A DNA stretch of 64,000 bases from Cenarchaeum sp. (GTDB lineage Archaea; Thermoproteota; Nitrososphaeria; Nitrososphaerales; Nitrosopumilaceae), in assembly GCA_965242695.1 (NCBI GenBank), contig CBDESU010000002.1, positions 672,001 through 736,000 of the forward strand, written 5' to 3'. Shown here in pieces: positions 1-9,848 of this stretch. The notes below the pieces were generated by a model that saw only the letters and a program-made list of their open reading frames with translations, was not told the origin of the DNA and did no database searches. Numbering within the stretch: the stretch's first letter is position 1; each line of letters opens with the position of its first letter. Position numbers and translations under genes: made by a program.

Positions 1-1
1 C

Positions 2-589
2 GTGCGGCACGCGATGAACGAGTCGTTTGCGACCATACCGACGAGGCAGCTCGTCAACGCCCAGATCATAAACTACACGAGGGGCGCAAAGCTCGTCCCC
101 GTGACGGTCGAGGTAGGCGTGTCGTACCTCAACGACCCCAGGCAGGTCGCCGCGATCCTCATGAAGGTCGGCAGGCGCACGATGCGCGAGGCCAAGAGCG
201 CGTCCGGCAAGCACCTGGTGCGGCAGAAGCGCTGCCCGTACATCGAGGAGAACAGGCCGAGCTGCGGGTGCGACAAGGGGCTGCACGTCGACATTACGCA
301 GCCGGTCGTGAGGTTCAACCACTTCAACGACTCGGCCCTCGACTTTGCCCTGTGGGTGTACGTAAAGTCGTACGGCGACCAGTTTGCGCTAAAGTCGGAC
401 ATGCGCATGATAATGTACGAGGAGTTCAAGAGGTACGACATACGCATACCGTGGCCCATACGGACCGTCTACCAGGGCGACGAGAAGAGAGAGGCCGAGG
501 AGATCGGCTCGCTCGACGCCGAGCGCGACCGGGTCGTCAAAGAGTACGGGACGGGCGACATCACGGCCGGCGGCGAAGAGGACGAGTAG
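2..589 (+). CDS. Mechanosensitive channel MscS family protein, C-terminal part (5' truncated by window edge)
   Basis: IPTRQLVNAQIINY...VEVGVSY...FNDSALDFALWVYV...IRIPWP match the MscS beta/cytoplasmic domain pattern. Confidence 0.85.
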   Translation: MRHAMNESFATIPTRQLVNAQIINYTRGAKLVPVTVEVGVSYLNDPRQVAAILMKVGRRTMREAKSASGKHLVRQKRCPYIEENRPSCGCDKGLHVDITQPVVRFNHFNDSALDFALWVYVKSYGDQFALKSDMRMIMYEEFKRYDIRIPWPIRTVYQGDEKREAEEIGSLDAERDRVVKEYGTGDITAGGEEDE

Positions 590-610
590 CGGCCGGCGAG
601 GGGCGGCGCC

Positions 611-1948
611 CTAACGGCTTGGCGCCGCCGGCCGGCAGCCGCATTGCGGCGCAGGCGGCTGCGCCACGAGGGGACGGCCGCACCGGCTGCACGCGCTCGC
701 GCGGGGGCCCATGCCGTGCCCGAATATGCGCGACCATGCGACGAGGTACGGCGGCCCGTCGTACGGATCGGCCTGCCGGAGGCATGCCGCGCAGCGCGGG
801 CGCCTGTCCGCGCCGCCGCTGCGCTCCATGACAATGTCGGGCTCTGCTACGCGCGGTTCAATCCCAGCACTCTCCTCGGCCAGGGTGACCGCCTCGTCAA
901 TCCTCGCCCGCGGGCTTGCTTTTTTCATAAACTCGGCCCAGCCGTCAAGCACGACCCACATCAGTATGTTGTAGCGGCCGCGGAAAAAGTCGAACGCCTC
1001 CGGCTTTAGGCGCAGCTCCTGATCGTCGTCGCTGTAGTCGTAAAAGACGGGGTTTGGGGCGACGCGCCACCCCATGCCGCCAGGGCCGCCCGGCCCGCAT
1101 ACGACGTTCTGGAAGCGCGGCACGACCAGGGACGTCTTCTTGCGGGCGTGGCCGAAGACCTGCCGCATGATGTGCTTCTCGACATCGGCGCGGTCGGCGC
1201 GGCCCAGGCTATAGTACGGCCCGCTGGCGCGGGCCCCCGCCCCGATGGGCGGCGCGAGGCGGACGCCCTTTACCGCCGCCGGCAGGCTCTTCTTGAGGGT
1301 CTGCCCGAGCCCGAACACGCGGTCGAGCGGCCAGTAGTACTCGGCAAAGCGCCCGGCCAGGTACCGGTAGGGCACGACCAGTCGCGAGCCGCCGTGCTCG
1401 CGGTTGGTGCTGCAGTACTCTAGCAGGGCCCTGGCCAGGGCGAACTTGTACGTGTTGTCCTTTTTGCCCGACCGGATGATGCCGGTGAACACGCAGTAGA
1501 GGGGAGCCTGCGGGTCAGCCGCCCCCGATGCGGCGCCTCTCGAGAATGGCCCGCCCTCGGCCGTGCTCGTCGACAGGACGGCCGGAGGGTCGGGAGGGAG
1601 GGGAGCCGCAAGCCTCCACACCCCAAGGCCCGAGCCGGCCCGCCAGTCCTGTATGTGGCCTTTGCGCCGAAGGCGCGAGATCTCGTCGGCTACGGACTTG
1701 TACAGCTCGTTGTCGTCCCGGTCGGGGCCAACGACCCTGCCCTCGGCAAGCTTTAGGCGGGCGGCCACGCAGCGGTCGATCTCGGGCTTGGAGTGCCAGA
1801 CATTCTCGCTGCGGAAGGGGCGCGCAGCGGCATCCCCGGGGTGCGTAGCCTCGTCAAGAATGTCGCGTATGGGGAGGCCAGGGGCCCGCAGGCACTCGCG
1901 GACCGCGGCGGCCACCAGGGCGCTCGGAATCCTGGCGGGCGGGGCCAC
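611..1948 (-). CDS. HNH-endonuclease-family-like protein (N-terminal wHTH, TYKFAL domain, degenerate C-terminal HNH)
   Basis: KKDNTYKFALARALLEY...FAEYYW motif typical of HNH restriction-type proteins; C-terminal CAAC...CSRC. Confidence 0.55.
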   Translation of the reverse strand: MAPPARIPSALVAAAVRECLRAPGLPIRDILDEATHPGDAAARPFRSENVWHSKPEIDRCVAARLKLAEGRVVGPDRDDNELYKSVADEISRLRRKGHIQDWRAGSGLGVWRLAAPLPPDPPAVLSTSTAEGGPFSRGAASGAADPQAPLYCVFTGIIRSGKKDNTYKFALARALLEYCSTNREHGGSRLVVPYRYLAGRFAEYYWPLDRVFGLGQTLKKSLPAAVKGVRLAPPIGAGARASGPYYSLGRADRADVEKHIMRQVFGHARKKTSLVVPRFQNVVCGPGGPGGMGWRVAPNPVFYDYSDDDQELRLKPEAFDFFRGRYNILMWVVLDGWAEFMKKASPRARIDEAVTLAEESAGIEPRVAEPDIVMERSGGADRRPRCAACLRQADPYDGPPYLVAWSRIFGHGMGPRASACSRCGRPLVAQPPAPQCGCRPAAPSR

Positions 1949-2078
1949 GGACAGCGGAACGGAGGGCGCCTAAAAAGTTGACCGGTGGCGGGCGGGGGCG
2001 CATCCGGCTTGGCAGTCCCTGGGCAGACCCCTTGCGCCGCTCTCAAAATTTAAGAGCCGTGCGGCGGGCGGCGGGGCG

Positions 2079-2975
2079 TTGGCGAGCCTCACTGTAGTCG
2101 GCAGCCGGGGCGGCCTGGCGGCCAGCGTTGCGGGCAGGCTTCGCGCAGCCCACGTCAAGGTCGATGTCAGGATGTTTCCCGACGGCGAGGGCAAGATCAC
2201 CCTGGACTCTAGGCCGGAGAAGGGGGTGCCGGCTGCCGTCGTGCACTCGGTCTCGCCGCCGGTCGACTCCAACCTGGTGCGGGCCCTGTCGATGATCCAC
2301 GAGGCCCGCAAGTTCACGGACGACGTGACGGCCGTGGTTCCCTACATGGGGTACGCCAGGCAGGACCAGGTGTTCCTTGACGGCGAGGTCGTGACAATGG
2401 GGGTCGTGGCAAGCCTGCTAGAGTCTGCCGGCGCGTCCCGGATCGTCGTCGTCGACATACACAGCGAAAAGGCCCTGTCGCACTTTTCGGTGCCGGCGGC
2501 CAACATTTCGGCCGTGCCCGAGCTGGCCGACCACTTTGCGGGGATGGACCTGCCCGAGCCGCTGGTGGTCTCGCCCGATGCCGGCGGGCTTGAGAGGGCG
2601 CGCGAGTTTGCGAGGCGGCTCGGCGCCGGATGCGCCGTGCTCGAAAAGGAGCGGAACAGGCACACGGGCGAGGTGCGCATAGTCGGATCCGACCTTGGAG
2701 AGACGGCCGGGCGGGACATTGTCCTTGTCGACGACATGATAAGCACGGGCGGCAGCATAGTCAAGGCCGCCGAGTTCCTCGGGAAGCGCGGGTGCGGCCG
2801 CATATTCGCGGCGTGCACGCACGCGCTGCTCGTGGGCGGGGCCGGCGCCATGATCGGCGAGGCCGGCGTGGCAAGCATCGTCGGCACCAATACGATCGAC
2901 GGGTGGGGCGCGCATGACGGGAAAACTGAGGTCGTCGATGTGGCGGGCATCATAGCCGCGTCATTGGAAGACTAA
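2079..2975 (+). CDS. prs: Ribose-phosphate pyrophosphokinase
   Basis: FPDGE, PYMGYARQD, VDIHS, SPDAGG, LVDDMISTGGS motifs. Confidence 0.95.
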   Translation: MASLTVVGSRGGLAASVAGRLRAAHVKVDVRMFPDGEGKITLDSRPEKGVPAAVVHSVSPPVDSNLVRALSMIHEARKFTDDVTAVVPYMGYARQDQVFLDGEVVTMGVVASLLESAGASRIVVVDIHSEKALSHFSVPAANISAVPELADHFAGMDLPEPLVVSPDAGGLERAREFARRLGAGCAVLEKERNRHTGEVRIVGSDLGETAGRDIVLVDDMISTGGSIVKAAEFLGKRGCGRIFAACTHALLVGGAGAMIGEAGVASIVGTNTIDGWGAHDGKTEVVDVAGIIAASLED

Positions 2976-3097
2976 AAGGCAAGCAGAGCAACAGGTTCGC
3001 CGTAACCGCCCACCAAGTTGCGGGTGTGATAGTAATGTTCGAGTCGATACGGATTTGTCCGTCATGTCGATAACATCTGCAAGCAGGGGCCAAAAAG

Positions 3098-3829
3098 TTA
3101 CAGATCCCAGTTGTTTTTGTAGCTGTCCATGTTTGAAGCTTTGCAACGGAATGAGCCGCGATGGTGTGTGAATATTACCTGATAGGTTGACACGTTCTTT
3201 TGTGCTTTAGCGGTTATCTTGCGCGCCGTAATCATTCCCTGGATTACATCACGAGGAACGATGATAAACACCATGTCGCCAGTAAGTCGCACCCTTATCC
3301 CGAATACATAATATGTGCCGGGCTGGTTGGCCCTGTCAAACGAATCCTTCCTGATGGTAAACGAGTAGGGCGGCTTGTCCGTGTTGATGGTTTTCACCTG
3401 GATATAGAATGTTTGATCATTCCTGGTAGCCACTATGTCGACGCCACGATCCGGCGTTGGCTTGCTAACCTCGAACCCACGAAACAACAACTCGCTTTGA
3501 ATTCGCGCCTCTCCGGCAGGACCTGTAAATATACCGGAGACTTCGGATTTTGTCTGATCGCCGTTCGGTGAAGACTCTGTCTCGGCTGTTACCTCAGTCC
3601 TATGCCCCTTAGGAGATAGGTCAAATTCGTTCTTGCCCGTTTTTTGAAACCTTGCATTCTCTCCCTGCGTTTTGATCTCATGTATTATCATCGATGCAAG
3701 TGATGTGTAGGCCTTTGGGTTGGCGGTCTGTATTCTGCCCTTGTCTGTGGCTTCTTTAATGATGTCCTTGACATGCATGGGCCCGCCCACCTCTTTGAGT
3801 AGCCGGAATGCTTCCTCCTTATACCCCAC
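3098..3829 (-). CDS. HARE-type HTH + PD-(D/E)XK nuclease-domain protein
   Basis: N-terminal GGPMHVKDII...NPKAYTSLASMI...RFQKTGKNEFDL (HARE-HTH-like); C-terminal GEARIQSELL...PDRGVDIVA...YIQVKT; GTG start 3829 about 25 nt after a TTTATTAA box; low GC. Confidence 0.7.
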   Translation of the reverse strand: MGYKEEAFRLLKEVGGPMHVKDIIKEATDKGRIQTANPKAYTSLASMIIHEIKTQGENARFQKTGKNEFDLSPKGHRTEVTAETESSPNGDQTKSEVSGIFTGPAGEARIQSELLFRGFEVSKPTPDRGVDIVATRNDQTFYIQVKTINTDKPPYSFTIRKDSFDRANQPGTYYVFGIRVRLTGDMVFIIVPRDVIQGMITARKITAKAQKNVSTYQVIFTHHRGSFRCKASNMDSYKNNWDL

Positions 3830-4354
3830 GACGGGGCGCGCCCCACGCCGCCTTAATAAACCATAGCGACGCATGCCCCCTTTTTTGGCCCACACGGACC
3901 TGCTAGTCAGACGATCGAGGCGTAGTGCCACTGTCCCCTAGGCGGCCTTGGCCCAGATGCCGAGGGAATCCCATGAAGCGCTTGGGTGGCGTTGTACCGT
4001 CGTCAGTCGACGCGGTTGCGTCTGATCGACGGGGGCACACTGGGATGAACAGGCAGTTCGCTAGGTAATCTTGCGGTTGCTATAGCGGCGGCTCTAGGTG
4101 GCTTCAGTTAGTCCGGGCGAGCTCTGGTTGACTTTGATCGTCAAGAGGCACGCGCGGCCCTCACGCGCCCCCCACAAACGCTGTCACCCGTATGCCTAGA
4201 GAAAGCGCAACATGAACACAGCAAAGTCCGTCGCTATAACACCGACAGGGATCAACGGCAACGACGTGTCAGCTGCCCTAGACAGCCGAGTCTCGGTCAT
4301 CCTGCTTGGCGGTCACCCGTATATGCATAAAACGCCCCGCACCGCCGCCGCCGC

Positions 4355-5278
4355 ATGAGGCTCGTCTTCCTCGGCACGGCCGCGGCCTGCCCCACGCCCA
4401 GCCGCGGCCTGGCGTGCACGTGCCTTGCGACCGACGAGGGCGAGATCGTCATGTTCGACGCCGGCGAGGGCGCGCAGATCGCCTACACGAGGGCGGGGCT
4501 CGGGTGGAACAAGCCGATGAAGGTGTTCATAACGCACATGCACGGCGACCACTGCCTCGGCATACCGGGGCTTCTCATGACGATGGGCATGCGCGGCAGG
4601 ACCGAGCCCGTCGAGTTGTTCGGGCCGGCCGGAATCACAGAGTACGTGAGGGCCAACGTCAGGGCCCTCGGCCTCGGCGTGCCGTTCGGACTGACCGTCC
4701 GCGAGGTCGGCGAGGGCAGGGATGTGGCGGCCGGCAAGGGGTACAGGATGCACGCCTGCAGGGCAGACCACACGGTGCCCGCCCTGTCGTACCTGTTCGC
4801 CGAGGACGGCCGGCCGGGCACGTTCCACCCCGACAGGGCCAAGGAGCTCGGCGTGCCGGAGGGACCCCTCTGGAGCGCGCTGCAGCGCGGGCAAACCGTT
4901 GCCGGCGAGGGCGGCCGAGCCGTCAGGCCCGAGGACGTGCTCGGCAGGGGGCGCGCGGGCAGGACTGTCGGATACTCGGGCGACACGCGACCAGCTCGCA
5001 GGCTTGCCGAGTTCTTTCGCGGGGCAAGCTGCCTGGTCTTCGACTCTACGTTCGCCGACGACCACGCCGAGCGGGCCGAAGAGACGGGCCACTCGACGGC
5101 GTCGGGGGCAGGGCGCCTTGCAAGGGATGCCGGCGTCGAGCACCTGGTGCTGACGCACTTTTCGTCTAGGTACCCCGACGCGGCCGTAATGGTCGCCGAG
5201 GCCGGCAAGCTGCACCCGCGCGTGACGGCCGCGCGGGACCTGATGGAGGTCGAGGTGGAGTGGCCAGAGGCGGCATGA
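4355..5278 (+). CDS. rnz: Ribonuclease Z
   Basis: FLGTAAACP, FDAGEG, ITHMHGDH, YSGDT, HFSSRY. Confidence 0.95.
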   Translation: MRLVFLGTAAACPTPSRGLACTCLATDEGEIVMFDAGEGAQIAYTRAGLGWNKPMKVFITHMHGDHCLGIPGLLMTMGMRGRTEPVELFGPAGITEYVRANVRALGLGVPFGLTVREVGEGRDVAAGKGYRMHACRADHTVPALSYLFAEDGRPGTFHPDRAKELGVPEGPLWSALQRGQTVAGEGGRAVRPEDVLGRGRAGRTVGYSGDTRPARRLAEFFRGASCLVFDSTFADDHAERAEETGHSTASGAGRLARDAGVEHLVLTHFSSRYPDAAVMVAEAGKLHPRVTAARDLMEVEVEWPEAA

Positions 5279-6090
5279 ACTCGAGGCCCGAAGAGGGCGG
5301 CGGAGCCCCGCCGGCGGGGATCGGCGCCGCAACGGCCAAGCGGCTCGCAGAGGCCGAGAAGATCGCCGTGTTCACCGGCGCCGGCGTCTCGACCGAGAGC
5401 GGCATACCGACGTTCCGCGGCAAGGACGGCCTGTGGCGCAACTACGACCCGATGGAGCTTGCCACCGTGGGCGCCTTCGAGAGGAACCCGAAGCTGGTCT
5501 GGGAGTGGTACGATGACCGCCGCGCAAACATACGCGCCGCCAAGCCGAACGCGGGGCACCGCGCCATCGCATCCCTCGAGGAGACGCACGAGGTCTCGGT
5601 CATAACGCAGAACATCGACGGGCTGCACCAGCGCGCGGGCAGCACGGACGTGATCGAGCTGCACGGCAGCATAGTGCGCACGCGGTGCAGCTCGTGCGGG
5701 GCGCCCGACGAGTCCGACGACGGCTCGCGCGCGCACCCCGTATTGCCGCCCCCGTGCGCCGCCGGCTGCGGCGGGATCATGCGCCCCGACGTGGTCTGGT
5801 TCGGAGAGGCCCTGCCGGCCGGCGCCCTCGAGAGGGCGGCCGAGAAGGCCCGCGCGTGCGATGCAATGATCATAGCCGGCACGTCGCTGGCCGTGGCGCC
5901 GGCCAACATGCTGCCCGGCGAGGCAAGGGCCGGCGGGGCCGTCATAGTCAACGTCAACCCCGAGGGCGGGCCCATGTCCCATATGATGGACGCCGAGGTT
6001 CGCGGCGGGGCGGCCGCCTCGCTCCCCCGGCTGGCCGCCTTCATCGCCGGGCGCGGCGGGAGGGGGCGCGGCCAAGGCGCGCAGGGCTAG
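5275..6090 (+). CDS. cobB: NAD-dependent protein deacylase (sirtuin, Sir2/CobB family)
   Basis: TGAGVSTESGIPTFRG, TQNIDGLH, ELHGS, CxxC zinc knuckles, RPDVVWFGE. Confidence 0.93.
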   Translation: MNSRPEEGGGAPPAGIGAATAKRLAEAEKIAVFTGAGVSTESGIPTFRGKDGLWRNYDPMELATVGAFERNPKLVWEWYDDRRANIRAAKPNAGHRAIASLEETHEVSVITQNIDGLHQRAGSTDVIELHGSIVRTRCSSCGAPDESDDGSRAHPVLPPPCAAGCGGIMRPDVVWFGEALPAGALERAAEKARACDAMIIAGTSLAVAPANMLPGEARAGGAVIVNVNPEGGPMSHMMDAEVRGGAAASLPRLAAFIAGRGGRGRGQGAQG

Positions 6091-6120
6091 AACCGCAGGC
6101 ACCACCCCCGCAGGCGGTTC

Positions 6121-6682
6121 TCAGCGGGGAATGCACATCGCCGGCATCTTTGGCCCGTCGGCGTCCGTGCGCGACAGCGACACAAGCGTTCCGATCGACG
6201 CCTCGGCTGCCGCCGCCTTGGCCGTGGCGGCAGGCGCGCCGTCCGCCCCGTCGGCGCCGTCCGCCCCGTCGGCGCCTGCCGGGGCGCGCGGCTGCGAGGT
6301 CACGACCGTGGGCGCCTTGGAGGGCAGAGAGCCGCTGCCGCTACCGGCGGCGGCAGGGACGCCGAGTGCGGCCGCCCCGTCGCCTACTGCCCGCGCCGAT
6401 CCGCACGCGATCGCGCTTGCCGTGGTGCTAGACGCCGAGTGCGGCCGCCCCGTCGCCTACTGCCCGGGTCGCGTTGTCGACCGCCCCGCCCACGGCCCGG
6501 GTCGCGTTGTCGACCACTCCGCCGACCGCCCCCTGCGCCTGCGCCCCGATGCTGGACACGTCGGACGCGACCGAGCCGATGATCTCGCCGGGATCGGGGA
6601 ACAGCGATGCCGTCTGCGGCAGGAAGAGCGCCACGAGGATGGCGACCGCCGCCACGCCGGCGCCGATGATTATCAGTCCCAT
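6121..6682 (-). pseudogene. Membrane-anchored low-complexity protein interrupted by a 73-bp insertion (fragments 6428-6682 and 6121-6393)
   Basis: N-terminal TM segment; RAVGDGAAALGV is encoded twice in different frames (6358-6393 and 6431-6466) with a stop between. Confidence 0.45.
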
Positions 6683-6707
6683 GCCACCTGCCGGCGGCCG
6701 CGAGTAT

Positions 6708-7208
6708 CTAGGGGGCGGGTGAAATCTTTGCGCGCGCAGCTCTAATTTTGTTGAGCTGGCCCGGCGCCAGCCAGTCGATGACCTCTTCGATGCCCGGCGA
6801 GCTGACGGTAACGCGGATGGGGCCAAGCGGCGACTCGTCGGCCTCGGCGCACAGCGCGACGCGCCCCGCGGCGGCCGCCTGCTTGTTGAGGTAGAACCAC
6901 GTGCTGCCTCCCGCCGAACCGCCCTCGCCGCATTCCATGTTCCGCAGCATGCAGCGCAGGTACGCGGCCTGGCTCGACCTGGAGCGGACGGTCTCGGCGA
7001 TGCGCGAGAGGCATCCTAGGCCGCTCGCCGACGCCTCGGCCCTGCCCGCCCCCGCGCCGGCGGCGGACTCGTCGACCCGCACCGACGCGCCGGGGACGAC
7101 CTCGGACAGGGCGGCGGCCACCGCCTGCGCATCCTCCGAGGGGCGCACCTCGCACTCTGCCACAACCGAGCAGGGCACGCCCTGGGGGAGAGCAACAGAG
7201 GGGGTCAT
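6708..7208 (-). CDS. UPF0201/DUF54 RNA-binding-domain protein
   Basis: VRPSED...WFYLNKQAAAAGRVALCAEADESPLGPIRVTV. Confidence 0.8.
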   Translation of the reverse strand: MTPSVALPQGVPCSVVAECEVRPSEDAQAVAAALSEVVPGASVRVDESAAGAGAGRAEASASGLGCLSRIAETVRSRSSQAAYLRCMLRNMECGEGGSAGGSTWFYLNKQAAAAGRVALCAEADESPLGPIRVTVSSPGIEEVIDWLAPGQLNKIRAARAKISPAP

Positions 7209-7822
7209 CGCCGGCCGCCGTCTCCCGCCTCTCCGCCCTCGCCTTCGCCGCCGGCCTCCTCGGCCGCCCACCGCGCTATGATCGAGGCGGCGCGGCCGAC
7301 GAGCGCGTCGATGCCGCCCGAGTTGTTCGACAGCGACTCGTCGGCCATTGCTATCGAGCCGCTTATGCCGATGCCGAGCTCGCGCCGGTCGCGCTCGTCG
7401 AACCTGTCCCGGTCGGCAGAGTCGTCGGACCGGCCGCGCCGGCCCAGGAACCCGAACCGCGTCTCGGCCGACGCATGCACGGACAGTATGCGGACGCGGC
7501 CGAGCGACCTAAAGTGGTCGATCTCGGCGTTTGAGCGTATGCCGTCGACGACCACCGTGTGGCCCGGCGGGGCCGCCTCGACGCTCGGGCCGACCAGCCT
7601 AGCGATCGCGCCGGGGCCGCCGCTCTCGCGCAGCTCGACCATCAGGGAGCCGAGGTTGGCCGCGGTCGGCTCTAGGCCCCTCCTGCCAGCCTCGGCCCGC
7701 ACCGCATCGCCCATGTTGACAAGCGTGTGGCCGCCGAGCCTGCGCAGGCCGCCGGCGATCGTCGACTTGCCGGCGCCCGGCATGCCGGTCAGGCACACGA
7801 TCAGCCTGTCCCCCGCGCCCAC
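7205..7822 (-). CDS. UPF0200 nucleoside-monophosphate-kinase-like P-loop protein (dephospho-CoA kinase-like)
   Basis: LTGMPGAGKST, MGDAVR, VDGIRS, RGRSDD. Confidence 0.85.
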   Translation of the reverse strand: MGAGDRLIVCLTGMPGAGKSTIAGGLRRLGGHTLVNMGDAVRAEAGRRGLEPTAANLGSLMVELRESGGPGAIARLVGPSVEAAPPGHTVVVDGIRSNAEIDHFRSLGRVRILSVHASAETRFGFLGRRGRSDDSADRDRFDERDRRELGIGISGSIAMADESLSNNSGGIDALVGRAASIIARWAAEEAGGEGEGGEAGDGGRR

Positions 7823-7896
7823 GCCGCGCCGCCCCGCACGGTTTCTATCAACCTAGCGGAGACTTTATAACATAGGGGCCGGGTTTATCGGCAACG

Positions 7897-8499
7897 ATGA
7901 GGGCCTTCGTGTGCGTGGACGTGACCGATGCGGCCGTCCTGGCGGCAGTCGGCAGGGCGCAGCAGCGGCTGCGCGACGAGGCCGGCGCGCGGCCCGTGGG
8001 GCCGGCCCCGATCCACTTTACCCTCGCCTTCCTCGGCGACGTGCCGGACGAGGGGGAGGGAGGAGGGGGGAGGATAGCAGCGGCCCTCGCCTCGATCAGG
8101 TTCAAGGCGTTCAGCGCCGCGGTCGTCGGCGTCGGCGCGTTCCCGAGCGCCCGCAGGCCGCGGGCGGTATGGGTCGGCGCCGATGCCGAGGAGGGCGGCA
8201 GGGGGCTGGCCGAACTGGCCGCGTCCGTCGCCGGCGCGCTAGGGCCGCTCGGTCCCGCGGCCGGCAAGGCCGGGGGAGGGGGCGGCAGGCCGTTCAGGCC
8301 GCATGCCACCATATGCCGCATGGCCGGGGCCCGGGAGGGCGCGCAGGAAAAGGCCGCCGCGGCAGGGCCGATCATCGAGTCGCTAAGATCCGAGCGGTTC
8401 GGCACGCAGCGCGTCGGCTCGTTCAAGCTAAAGAAGAGCGTCCTAGCGCCGGGCGGCGCCGTCCACACCGACGTCTCCGAGGTGGTGGCCTCACCATGA
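7897..8499 (+). CDS. thpR: RNA 2',3'-cyclic phosphodiesterase (2H family)
   Basis: Two HxT motifs (HFTLAFLG, PHATICR), GAFP...PRAVW. Confidence 0.9.
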   Translation: MRAFVCVDVTDAAVLAAVGRAQQRLRDEAGARPVGPAPIHFTLAFLGDVPDEGEGGGGRIAAALASIRFKAFSAAVVGVGAFPSARRPRAVWVGADAEEGGRGLAELAASVAGALGPLGPAAGKAGGGGGRPFRPHATICRMAGAREGAQEKAAAAGPIIESLRSERFGTQRVGSFKLKKSVLAPGGAVHTDVSEVVASP

Positions 8500-9848
8500 A
8501 CAAGTCGAGCGTGGCCGGCGTCGCGCGCAGGGCCCTCGGCAAGGCCTCGCCGTCGGCCAAGGAGCAGCGCATCATGGACGACGTGGCAAGCTCGGCGCTA
8601 GACCTGATACGAAACAAGGCCAAGATGTATCCGGATATAGTAGACGTCGAGCTCGGCGGTTCGTACATCAAGGGCACGTGGATACCCGGCGCCGATGCGG
8701 ACATCGACGTGTTCATCCGGTTCAAGGAGGAGACGGGGTCAGAGGCGTTCGCCGACACGGCCCTCGTAATCGGCGGCGAGGCCCTCTCCGACTATGATCC
8801 GTACACGCGATTCTCCGAGCACCCGTACGTCGAGTGCAGGGTCCGCGGAATCAGGGTCAACGCGGTCCCCTGCTACGCCGTCCCAAGGGGCAAGTGGAAG
8901 AGCGCGGCGGACCGCTCGCACTACCACACCGAGTTCATGCGCGAAAGGCTCACGTCGGCGACCAGAAAGGGCGCGAGGCTCCTAAAGCTGCTCCTCAAGA
9001 GCAACAGGCTGTACGGCGCGCAGATAGCCATGCAGGGGCTGAGCGGGTACGCGGCCGAGTCGCTCGTCCTGCACTACAACGGCTTTGAGGAGACGGTCCG
9101 CGCGCTCGCCGGCGTAGAGCCCGGGCAGGTCATCGGAACGGCGTCGAAAAAGTTCGACACCCCCATCGCGATAGCCGACCCGATAGACCCCGCGCGCAAC
9201 CTCGCCGCGTCGGCGTCCGTCGAGAACATCGGCAGGCTCGTCCTGCTGTGCAGGTCGTTCCTGAGGGCGCCGGCCGTCTCGTACTTTGCCCCGCCCGAGC
9301 CGAAGCGCAACGACGCCCTCATCGGCAACTGCGTGGCCGTCTCGTTCAGCTACTCGGAGCGCAGCCCCGACGTCGTGTGGGGGCAGCTAAAGTCGGCCGC
9401 GCGGGCCGTGGCCGAGCAGCTCGGCAGGGCCGGGTTCCAGGTCGTCCGGTACGACGCGCACACGGACGAGGCCGGCGCGGCCGAGCTGCTGTTCATGCTA
9501 GGCGCCACGACCATACCCGAGTACCACCTCAGGGAGGGGCCGTGGTTCTTCAGCACGCCCGAGGCCGAGCAGTTCGTCGGCAAGAACGTGAGGGACTCGC
9601 CGTTCATGTGGATAGGCCCGAACGCGCGCATCAGGGTCATGGAGAGGCGCCGGCACCCCGGCGTCGCCTCGTTCCTCGAGGACCTGCTCGGGAGGCTCGT
9701 CGACGAGTCCGGCGTGCCGTCCGGCCTCGCCCCCGACCTCAGGGCCGGCTTTGAGATCACCGTCGGCGGGCGCGGCACGTCAAAGGCGGTCAAGAGGCAG
9801 CTGATGGAGCTGATCTCTACCGATGCGGCGGTATTTCCGCCGGGCTGA
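8496..9848 (+). CDS. cca: Archaeal class I CCA-adding enzyme
   Basis: GGSYIKGTW...DIDVF, SEHPY, SAADRS, GLSGY, DPIDPARN. Confidence 0.93.
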   Translation: MNKSSVAGVARRALGKASPSAKEQRIMDDVASSALDLIRNKAKMYPDIVDVELGGSYIKGTWIPGADADIDVFIRFKEETGSEAFADTALVIGGEALSDYDPYTRFSEHPYVECRVRGIRVNAVPCYAVPRGKWKSAADRSHYHTEFMRERLTSATRKGARLLKLLLKSNRLYGAQIAMQGLSGYAAESLVLHYNGFEETVRALAGVEPGQVIGTASKKFDTPIAIADPIDPARNLAASASVENIGRLVLLCRSFLRAPAVSYFAPPEPKRNDALIGNCVAVSFSYSERSPDVVWGQLKSAARAVAEQLGRAGFQVVRYDAHTDEAGAAELLFMLGATTIPEYHLREGPWFFSTPEAEQFVGKNVRDSPFMWIGPNARIRVMERRRHPGVASFLEDLLGRLVDESGVPSGLAPDLRAGFEITVGGRGTSKAVKRQLMELISTDAAVFPPG

